DNA from: an uncultured bacterium
GTDB lineage: Bacteria > Muiribacteriota > Ozemobacteria > Ozemobacterales > Ozemobacteraceae
NCBI GenBank assembly: GCA_946407375.1
Contig: CAMJNS010000002.1
Span: 28,593-92,592, forward strand
DNA: 64,000 bases
Direction of reading: 5' to 3'
This document shows, one piece after another, positions 56,366 through 64,000 of this stretch (its first letter is position 1; each line of letters starts with the position of its first letter). Below the pieces are notes generated by a model. The model did no database searches, was not told where the DNA came from, and saw nothing but the letters and a program-made list of their open reading frames with translations. Both the position numbers and the translations under genes were made by a program.

Positions 56366-58366
56366 TCACGGACCGTAAACACCCATCTGACAACCATTTT
56401 CACCAGCAGTTAAACAGGGTGAATCAGAAGCATAACCAGCAGCTACTGTTTGCAAATGATAATCAAAAATTGTTCCGCCTATAAATAATGGATCAGATGC
56501 AATGTTCCCTGTTCCTACTCTTAATACAGATGGATTTATATCTGTATTGGTATTAGTCCCAGTATTTGTTTCTGTTCCGGTAACAGTTCCTGTGTCAGTA
56601 TTAGTTCCTGTATCTGTTCCAGTATCTGTACCGGTATCCGTTCCGGTGTCGGTTCCTGTATCAGTACCAGTATCTGTACCTGTATCAGTCATTCCATTAA
56701 AAGGATAAGTATAATTATAGACGTCGTTATACTCAACTTTCGGAGAAGCTGTAGATTCTGTTTGATTGATGCCATAGAGTCCCTGAGAATAACTATTTGA
56801 ATAAGTGATAATATTGTTCTTGATAGTGGGGGAAGAAGGAGATGGTACTTCGATACCATTAATACAATCTATTGTGTTGTTTATAAAATAATCATCACCC
56901 ATCAATGATACAGCATGACCACAACTGTAAAACAAATTATTACGTATATTAGAATTTAGAGATACTAAACCTACATCACAGTCTCGTATTGTATTTCCTT
57001 TAATGTTTAAAGAAGTAGATAAACCTAAATTTAAAGCTAATCCACAATATCCAAATTCACAATTTTCTATTGAAGGAGTTGAACCATCACTTATTATACC
57101 TGTGTCAGCAAACATAATAGTGCAGTTTCTCATATAATTTTCTGCTTGTGTAGTTCCAGAGAATATTAATCCACCCCAATTACTTTTTCTTGGAAAACTT
57201 TCGGAAGAAGTAAATACTATAGGTCTAGCTTCTGTTCCTGAAGCAATTAAACCTCCTTGAATAATCAATTCAGTCATTGTTGCTCCAAGAGAATCATTTA
57301 TTACAGATTTAGTTGAAAATTTAACTTCAACACCTGGTTCTATAGTAAGTATAGAACCACCTTTTACTCTAATGTCACCAGCAATAATATATGGACTATC
57401 AGCTAATGACCAAGTTCTATTTTCATCTAATATTCCAGGAGTTACTGCGGAATAAGTTTCTGTAGGTTGACTTTCGTTTCCAGCCACATCTACAGCTTTT
57501 AAATAATAATAGTATTTTTTTGCTATTTTAAGACCTTCATCTTGATAGGTAACAGCAGCTTCTGCTGTAGCTATAGGTGACGCGTTAACTTTGGCAAAAG
57601 TTCCATTTATTGTATCAGCCCTATAAAGATTATAGCCGGCTAAATCTTCTTCTGTATTGCTTAACCACATAAGATCAAGCTTTTCACTTTCAGTAGCTAT
57701 GGCAACATAAAATCCATTCGGAGTAGCTGGAGCATCACCAGTAGGTGTAGTGAATTGATAATCAGAAGAAATACCTACATTACCATAAAAGTCTCTACCT
57801 TTTACTCTGAAATGATAGGTTCTTCCTGGAATAAGGTTTCTAAGTTCTAGAATATGAGAGGTAACCATGCTTGTATCGGAGGCAACCATGGTATAAGTCA
57901 AACCTATAGAACCTGTAGCATAATCTATTATAGAGTCAGCAGCTTCATTTGTTGTCCAAGTAATAGTTGCTATATTTTCTGATAAACTAGCTATTCTTAC
58001 ATCTGTTATTAAAGGTGGTAAACCATCAGTAACTTTAAATGTTAAGTCGCAATTTTCTGTTGTTTCACCCTGAACTACTTCAACTATAATTACAACAGAG
58101 TTGCTAGCATTTGTAGCAACAACTTTATATTGCCCAGGAACAAGACCTGAAAGTAAATAATGCCCCAAAGCATCTGTTGTTGTAGATGGGCTACCACCAT
58201 AAATTTCTACTTTGGCACCAGAAAGAACTTTACCATTTGTATCATAAACTTTACCAGATATATTACCACGAGCTGCTTTAGTGTTTTTTACTTTACTACA
58301 GCCACACATGGTTATAACCAGCATCATTGCTGTTATTATAGCAATGAGCTTTGTTAAGTTCTTCAT
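56366..58366 (-). CDS. Surface lipoprotein: CarboxypepD_reg-like domain + FN3-like domains + right-handed beta-helix + T/G/D repeat
   Basis: Lipobox-like ...ITMCGC. GKVYDTNGKVLSGAKVEIYGG...GQYKVVA. ITWTTNEAADS FN3-like. NosD/pectate-lyase-like repeats (IRDCDVGLVS...). (TDTG)n tract. Confidence 0.6.
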   Translation of the reverse strand: MKNLTKLIAIITAMMLVITMCGCSKVKNTKAARGNISGKVYDTNGKVLSGAKVEIYGGSPSTTTDALGHYLLSGLVPGQYKVVATNASNSVVIIVEVVQGETTENCDLTFKVTDGLPPLITDVRIASLSENIATITWTTNEAADSIIDYATGSIGLTYTMVASDTSMVTSHILELRNLIPGRTYHFRVKGRDFYGNVGISSDYQFTTPTGDAPATPNGFYVAIATESEKLDLMWLSNTEEDLAGYNLYRADTINGTFAKVNASPIATAEAAVTYQDEGLKIAKKYYYYLKAVDVAGNESQPTETYSAVTPGILDENRTWSLADSPYIIAGDIRVKGGSILTIEPGVEVKFSTKSVINDSLGATMTELIIQGGLIASGTEARPIVFTSSESFPRKSNWGGLIFSGTTQAENYMRNCTIMFADTGIISDGSTPSIENCEFGYCGLALNLGLSTSLNIKGNTIRDCDVGLVSLNSNIRNNLFYSCGHAVSLMGDDYFINNTIDCINGIEVPSPSSPTIKNNIITYSNSYSQGLYGINQTESTASPKVEYNDVYNYTYPFNGMTDTGTDTGTDTGTDTGTDTGTDTGTDTGTNTDTGTVTGTETNTGTNTNTDINPSVLRVGTGNIASDPLFIGGTIFDYHLQTVAAGYASDSPCLTAGENGCQMGVYGP
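56541..56689 (-). repeat. In-frame T-D/N-T-G peptide repeat, encoded with varied synonymous codons
   Basis: Protein reads MTDTGTDTGTDTGTDTGTDTGTDTGTDTGTNTDTGTVTGTETNTGTNTNTD. DNA units differ (GTATCT/GTATCC/GTGTCG/GTATCA...). Confidence 0.8.
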
Positions 58367-58427
58367 AATGCCTCCATATATTTATTACTTCATTTAGCCT
58401 CTACAAGAGGCTTGGCGATTTATTTCT

Positions 58428-59075
58428 TTAATTATTATTTAAAAATTCAATAGCACTAAATAATTGAGCTATACTTTTTCCTGCATAATTGGGTTCTAGT
58501 TCTTTTGCATAATCTAATTGTTCTTCAGATTTTACTGTGTCTCCTGTAGCAGCAAATGCATAAGCAAGCATTGCATGAACTTCTGCATTAGTTACGCTTG
58601 TTTGTCTAGAGGGAACATAGTTAAAGCGAGGTTTACTTTTACCTAACTGAACATATAATACTTCTATTGCTTCTTCCATATCAGATAAAGAAGCTTGTTG
58701 TATATATGCTGCTCCTAATCCAACTTTTGCGTCATCATTTAAATCAGAAGCCATTTGAAAGTATTTCATACCATCTTTTAATTTTCCGTTAAAAGATTTG
58801 GCCCAACCAATACCATTATATGCTTCTGCTTTTTCGTTTTCTGTTGGGTTTGAAGCTAGAACATCATTAAAGTGTTTTATTGCACTATCGTATTGTCCTT
58901 TTGAAATAAACTCCCAACCAGAATCATTATTAATATTTCCTCTTACTATAGGAGTTCCTGTATCATAAGAACCGTTTCCTTCACCATTTACACCGCCGCC
59001 GCTACAACCTGTAATGCCTAATGCTAGAGGCATTGCAACAAGCAACATTATCAATATTTTTAAAGGGTTTTTCAT
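58428..59075 (-). CDS. TPR-repeat lipoprotein
   Basis: Lipobox LGITGC. TPR-like helices (YDSAIKHFNDVLASNP, EAYNGIGWA, GMKYFQMAS...). Confidence 0.65.
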   Translation of the reverse strand: MKNPLKILIMLLVAMPLALGITGCSGGGVNGEGNGSYDTGTPIVRGNINNDSGWEFISKGQYDSAIKHFNDVLASNPTENEKAEAYNGIGWAKSFNGKLKDGMKYFQMASDLNDDAKVGLGAAYIQQASLSDMEEAIEVLYVQLGKSKPRFNYVPSRQTSVTNAEVHAMLAYAFAATGDTVKSEEQLDYAKELEPNYAGKSIAQLFSAIEFLNNN

Positions 59076-59150
59076 AAAGCCTCCGATAATTATAGCTATC
59101 TTGATTATCGGCAGCTTTGCTTAAAAATTATACTTAAAAAATAATCTATA

Positions 59151-59181
59151 AAAAAAAGCCCCCATTTTGTGGGGGCTTTTT
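59151..59181 (-). terminator. Rho-independent terminator of the giant surface-protein gene
   Basis: GCCCCCA / TGGGGGC stem. On the minus strand it is followed by T8, 5 nt after the stop at 59186. Confidence 0.8.
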
Positions 59182-59185
59182 AGAT

Positions 59186-62100
59186 TTATCTAAGAACAGC
59201 TAATTTACCGCGTTTTTTGAATTTTTGTCCATTAGCAGTTACTTCTAGTTTATAGATGTAAGTGCCATTAGCGATGCGTTTACCTTTCAGGTTAATCAAA
59301 TCCCAATGTATAATTCCTCTAGGTCTATCAAAATCATCCATTCCAAATTTGGCTACGATATGACCTGCTGAATCATATACTTTTAGAGAAGCAGTATCTG
59401 GCTGAGCACCAAAGTTATAAGCAAAGTTAATATGATTTCCTCTTGCTGGACTTGGATAAGGACTAAATTCGCCAATTCTAAGTTCTTCAGGAGCATCAAC
59501 TGTAACTGCTCTAACTATACTGTTACCAGCTTTATCCTTTACTTCACATTTGATTTCGTGTTTTCCTTTTTTCAAAGATTGTTTAACCTGATAATTAAAA
59601 CTACCATCTTTGTTCATTTCTACATTTTTGACTTGTAAGTTATCTATGTAGAGTTTGAAAGAATCAATTAAAAGACCTGAACCATTATCTTCAAATTGTC
59701 CTTTTATTTCAGGTAAATTTGTGTCAAGCTTAGCCTGATTATTTGGACTCATTGAACTCATTTTTGGTGCAGTGGTGTCCGCCATTAATGCTAGACGACC
59801 AAGACCTGTAATTTGAGCAGAAATCTTATAATCTTTAAGCTGACCACCTTGGAATATCCAGTTGCCATTTGCATCCTGACGATAAATATGAATTTTATCA
59901 GCTTTTGAAGTATCGAATACTTCACCATTTACGTCAGTTGTATAAAGCATACATTTCTTTAGTTTTGTTTTACTAGGACCTATTTCATCAAGTCCAAGAA
60001 TTCCTATTAATTCAGATTTTTTATTTGATGAAACTGATGCTCTTACACCTGCACTAGTTCTAACAGAAGCAGTAGTAGTTTCTGTTAATTCTGTAGAGAA
60101 CGGAGATTCTAATGTTGCTCTATCTATTATATAAACAGCTGTTGGAGAATAGGTTGCTCCTTCAGCAGCTTTTAATGTTGAACGACCAGAAGAAGCCGAA
60201 ACATTAAGTCTAGATGAAGCATTTACATCAGCTATTACAAATTCTACAGTGCTGTTTCCTACCATACCATAAAGATCAGTACCAGAAATCTTTATATATG
60301 CAGAACCAGGATTTTCTTTATCTATTTTATAAGAACCAGAATAGAAACGATCTTTCAAGAAATTCATAGCAACTGTAGTTTTTTCAGCATTCTGAGTAAC
60401 TGTTACACTAGGTGCAGACTGCAATGATTCTGTAGATTTAGTTATAATAGTTATTTCATATTCATTAGCAGGATTAGAGAATAACTTAGTAGTAAAAGCT
60501 GGACCTGTGTTAACAACTATTGTATGTGAAGTATCAGTTATCATTACATTGCCAGCAATGTCTGAAGCACCTTCTACAGCTATTGTTGCTGTTCCGTCAT
60601 ATAGAGCAGAATTATTTTTAGGAATAACTGTAGTACCTGTCCAAGTATCTCCTGTGCAACTAAGCTTTTCTATTTTCATAACTTGTCCGCCAGCAGATGT
60701 GAGAATGGCAGTCAAATCTTTTGTAGAATCAATTGTTTCGTTGAATCTAATCGTAAATGTTACCATACCAGTAGATACAATATTAGAACTACTTGGTGAA
60801 GGCAATACAGAAAGTATATAAGGTTTTACTGTATCTATAATTAATTTACGAGTTTCAGAGAATTCACTTATATTATAACCATCTTCACAATCTTCAATAG
60901 CAGCAACTCTCCAATAGAATGTTCCATCTTTTGGTAAGCTGAAAGATGCTTCTGGAGTAGTATATATGGTTCCTGATAATGAAGGATACTTAGCGTTTGG
61001 CTGATTATTCAGAATATTGTTAAATGAAGAATCATCAGAAATCTGAACTAAGTAAGAATTGGCTCCATTGCTGACTACCCACTTAAAGCTTTGACTTCTT
61101 TTATTTACGGTATAGTCTGCTAATGGGATAGTAAGACCAGGGGCAGATGGTGGAGTTCTATCTATTACGTAACTAAATTCTTTTTCTGTAGATGTATTAC
61201 CTGCTCTATCCACAGCTCTGAATTTAACAGTATGAGTACCTTCGTTTTTACCTGTTATATCCAATTTTAGAGTAAATGAAGCTGTTTTTGAAGGTAATGC
61301 ACTTACTGATACTTCTTTCCAAACACCTTCATCATTATATTCTATTTTAGTTACTTGAAGATTTTTGTCAGAACCTTCATCTTCTGCTGTAGCTTTTACT
61401 GTTAATAAGTTCTTACAATATTTAGCACCATTAGAAGTTATTAAAGTAATTTTAGGATCTACATAGTCAAATTTATAAGTTCTGGTAATTGTGTTTTTAT
61501 TTGGAATTTGACCTTCTGCACCACGGTTAACGTTATCGGCTACTACTATGTTAACTTGAACATCAGAAACACCTGCAGATACATCTTCTGGAATATCAGG
61601 GCGACCAACAGTCATTGTATTACCATTTACAGAATGATTGGTTGATACTGTAGTGCCCATAATCCAAGTGAAAGTACTTACATTATAATTGATTCCTGAA
61701 CCACTACCATTATACCAAGTTGTATCACCAGGCATTACTGGAGTACTAGCAGTTTCTGGATACTGTCCACTGTAATTTTCTAATATATCTTTAGGAGCAT
61801 CTGAAAGAGTAATACTTAATTGAGATAAGTTTTTACCGAACCAAACTTCGCTTTCTTTAATTGAAGGAGTTGAAGAAGTAATTACTGGTGGTTGAGTATC
61901 ATAAATGAAACTACTATTAATAGCATTGCCTGTTAATCCTGTAGTGGAATGAGGAATAACCGTTATATAATAGTTACCATCATGACTGCCATCTGTCTTT
62001 AGATTTCCGTCGTGAAGTTTTGCCACAAGAGCTTCTGTTTCTGTAGCTACTTTAGTGCCAACTTCTAAACCGTTATATTTCACTGATATTGTTGAACTTG

Positions 62101-64000
62101 GATAGCTTGGAGTAGCTGCACCATTTGCAGTAGAAAGAACAACTTTAACTTCATTTTCAGCTAAACTTGTTTCTGATTTATTGGCAACAGACTGATTTGG
62201 AGGATTAAATTCTGCCGAATCAGGAGTGTCTCTATTTAAAGTGAAGGTTTTTGTTGTTGTTTCACCTTTATTCCCGGCGTTATCAATAGGAGTTACTGTT
62301 ACTGTATAAGTGCCAGAAGCTGTAAGAACTGGGAAATCGAAATAAATAGTATTTAAACCATTATTTGATTTTTCACCATTTATTAATTCTCCGTTAGGAC
62401 CAGTAAGATTAAATATAAAATCAGTACTAGATAAGTTGAGTCCTGAACCTGAATCTGATGCAACTAATACTAATCTTGTAATATCACTTGCAATAGTCAC
62501 ACCATTTTCAAAATCAATACCAGTATTGTTAAAACTGATTCTTTCAATTACAGGTGCAGTATTATCTACTATTAATTTAATACCTGTTTTGCCTACAGGG
62601 TTTTCTAAATTGCTAGGATTAGAATCGTCTGTAGCAGCAGTCACTAAAGTGTATTCTAAACCATCTGTAAGATTAGTTCCAGAATAATTATGTGACCATG
62701 GTGACTGATTAGGAGTTGGCAAAAGAGCTATTTGTACTGATGTTGAAGCACCTGTTGGATCAACAGTATATAAAGTTAATAATTTGACGCCAGAACCGCC
62801 ATCATTATCTAGAACAGTACCTGTTATATTGATTGAAGGATTACTGGTAGATATGTAGATAGGAGAAGCATTATTAATTGTTGATGTTGGAGGTGTTGAG
62901 TCTATAGAGAAAGCACCTTCTTGATTATAATCAGCTATATTATTACCAAAAGTGTCTTTTGCTCCTTTTAAGGTAATTCCTGCAGATCCATCTACAGCAG
63001 TTCCACCATTGTTAGGAATACTAAATGTAGCAGATAATGTTGTGTTATTAGTCCAAGAAACAGTGGTAGCTGTTATTTTAGAACCACCGCCACAATTAAT
63101 TTCTACAGTAGGAAGAGTTTCTGATACTGCTTGATTAAAAGTAAATACTAAAGTATGAAGTCCAGGTCCAAGCATAGAAGTTGCTGGTGCAGGAACAGAA
63201 TATGTGTCAATCATTACTGAAGCTACAGTAATGGATTCAGAAGAACCACTTTTAGTTATCGTTATTGTTTCACTAAGGTCAGAAGTATTGCCAGCGCCAT
63301 CTCTTGATCTGAAATTAATGGCGTTTGGTCCTTCGTCTAAAGTAATTTGAAAAGTTATAGGACTACCTTGTTGGGTGATATTGAATTTATTTGGGTATTC
63401 AGTACCATTTTTATAAACTAAAAGGTAAACAGGAGTAGAAGTTTCAGTTTCATAACCATTGACGTTTACAGTAAAACTTTGCTGGGGTGAATTTGTTTGT
63501 GTTGGAATAGTTGATGCATCATAGGTTGGAACAGATGGAGGTTGTTGATCTACTACATAAGTAGTAGCTGAAGATCTTGAAATTTCTTGATCATATTGGT
63601 CGTAACTGACAGCAATAAAACTATATGTTTTTTCAGAAACAGTTACATTTAAATTCCAGCTTGTTCCGTTACATATTGTTGGAGGAACAAGTTCAGAAGC
63701 CCCATCTAATATTGCAATTTTTGTTGTTGCTGATGGACAAGTGCCAGAAAGAGTTACTGAAGTTTGATTTGTTGGAGAAGGTGGATTAACTGATTCTATT
63801 GTTGTTTGACCAGTAACTGTATTTCCAACAGTAAAATCAATACTATCTTGACTTGTATTAGCACTAGCTTCTGGTACTGTGGTATCTTTCAATTTTATTT
63901 GTATTCTATGAGTAGTACCATTGGCAAAATTGCCATTTAATTGTAATGTGAAAACATAATTGTTTGCTCCAGCAGCAGTTGTTGTATTTAATGTAGTACC
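59186..64000 (-). CDS. Giant Ig-like/FN3-like repeat surface protein with a FlgD-Ig/T9SS-type C-terminal domain (5' end outside the window)
   Basis: More than 1600 aa of T/S/N/G-rich beta-repeat sequence. The C-terminus ...FSPYPSPARGNHINF...ASLKVYDSAGHIVAKF...GTYIYKLEVTANGQKFKKRGKLAVLR resembles FlgD-Ig/T9SS sorting-type domains. The reading frame stays open upstream of the TTG at about 63892 to position 64000, so the gene is truncated by the window. Confidence 0.7.
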   Translation of the reverse strand, partial: GTTLNTTTAAGANNYVFTLQLNGNFANGTTHRIQIKLKDTTVPEASANTSQDSIDFTVGNTVTGQTTIESVNPPSPTNQTSVTLSGTCPSATTKIAILDGASELVPPTICNGTSWNLNVTVSEKTYSFIAVSYDQYDQEISRSSATTYVVDQQPPSVPTYDASTIPTQTNSPQQSFTVNVNGYETETSTPVYLLVYKNGTEYPNKFNITQQGSPITFQITLDEGPNAINFRSRDGAGNTSDLSETITITKSGSSESITVASVMIDTYSVPAPATSMLGPGLHTLVFTFNQAVSETLPTVEINCGGGSKITATTVSWTNNTTLSATFSIPNNGGTAVDGSAGITLKGAKDTFGNNIADYNQEGAFSIDSTPPTSTINNASPIYISTSNPSINITGTVLDNDGGSGVKLLTLYTVDPTGASTSVQIALLPTPNQSPWSHNYSGTNLTDGLEYTLVTAATDDSNPSNLENPVGKTGIKLIVDNTAPVIERISFNNTGIDFENGVTIASDITRLVLVASDSGSGLNLSSTDFIFNLTGPNGELINGEKSNNGLNTIYFDFPVLTASGTYTVTVTPIDNAGNKGETTTKTFTLNRDTPDSAEFNPPNQSVANKSETSLAENEVKVVLSTANGAATPSYPSSTISVKYNGLEVGTKVATETEALVAKLHDGNLKTDGSHDGNYYITVIPHSTTGLTGNAINSSFIYDTQPPVITSSTPSIKESEVWFGKNLSQLSITLSDAPKDILENYSGQYPETASTPVMPGDTTWYNGSGSGINYNVSTFTWIMGTTVSTNHSVNGNTMTVGRPDIPEDVSAGVSDVQVNIVVADNVNRGAEGQIPNKNTITRTYKFDYVDPKITLITSNGAKYCKNLLTVKATAEDEGSDKNLQVTKIEYNDEGVWKEVSVSALPSKTASFTLKLDITGKNEGTHTVKFRAVDRAGNTSTEKEFSYVIDRTPPSAPGLTIPLADYTVNKRSQSFKWVVSNGANSYLVQISDDSSFNNILNNQPNAKYPSLSGTIYTTPEASFSLPKDGTFYWRVAAIEDCEDGYNISEFSETRKLIIDTVKPYILSVLPSPSSSNIVSTGMVTFTIRFNETIDSTKDLTAILTSAGGQVMKIEKLSCTGDTWTGTTVIPKNNSALYDGTATIAVEGASDIAGNVMITDTSHTIVVNTGPAFTTKLFSNPANEYEITIITKSTESLQSAPSVTVTQNAEKTTVAMNFLKDRFYSGSYKIDKENPGSAYIKISGTDLYGMVGNSTVEFVIADVNASSRLNVSASSGRSTLKAAEGATYSPTAVYIIDRATLESPFSTELTETTTASVRTSAGVRASVSSNKKSELIGILGLDEIGPSKTKLKKCMLYTTDVNGEVFDTSKADKIHIYRQDANGNWIFQGGQLKDYKISAQITGLGRLALMADTTAPKMSSMSPNNQAKLDTNLPEIKGQFEDNGSGLLIDSFKLYIDNLQVKNVEMNKDGSFNYQVKQSLKKGKHEIKCEVKDKAGNSIVRAVTVDAPEELRIGEFSPYPSPARGNHINFAYNFGAQPDTASLKVYDSAGHIVAKFGMDDFDRPRGIIHWDLINLKGKRIANGTYIYKLEVTANGQKFKKRGKLAVLR

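Overview
AT-rich (about 30% GC by eye) bacterial chromosomal window covering the replication-origin neighbourhood. Core genes: a gyrB-gyrA operon (minus, 28426-33441); dnaA (49294-50658, minus) with an oriC-like region upstream (50659-51229, four DnaA boxes plus an AT-rich stretch); copA; a full-length flotillin; a class III adenylate cyclase; a U32 peptidase.

A long minus-strand block (5431-16548) encodes two prepilin-type proteins, a 779-aa PilX-like protein, SH3b, beta-propeller and NlpC/CHAP-like proteins. It is followed by an atypical Hsp70, a membrane protein and a DUF2760 trio.

Positions 19.5-28 kb look like an accessory or defence-type island. It holds a high-GC orphan gene, HicAB, RhuM, ParE/Phd, an XRE regulator divergent from an HsdR_N-domain protein, and an ABC-type ATPase with a decayed small TOPRIM partner. 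A VapBC pair sits separately at 1.6-2.2 kb. No integrase was seen; the only recombinase-like gene is an Rpn/PD-(D/E)XK putative transposase at 34765-35760.

The right end encodes a surface-protein cluster: a beta-helix lipoprotein, a TPR lipoprotein, and a giant Ig-like protein that is more than 1600 aa and truncated by the window edge.

The most unusual non-coding signal is a dispersed, modular family of GC-rich hairpin-array repeats. It occurs at seven or more intergenic loci, mostly just after stop codons. It comes with a conserved GTTGGTAGTTRTTG motif, CGTCATTGCGAG...GCAATCCAG palindromes and GCTTRTA heptamer runs that bracket gyrBA.

Other candidates for follow-up: a GG-leader Cys-rich peptide at the left edge, the Hsp70/DUF2760 cluster, the pseudopilin operon, acidic extensions on GyrA and GyrB, and a G-quadruplex motif upstream of gyrB.

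No tRNA, rRNA or CRISPR array was recognised. All family assignments come from motif recognition by eye, with no database search, and the taxon is unknown.
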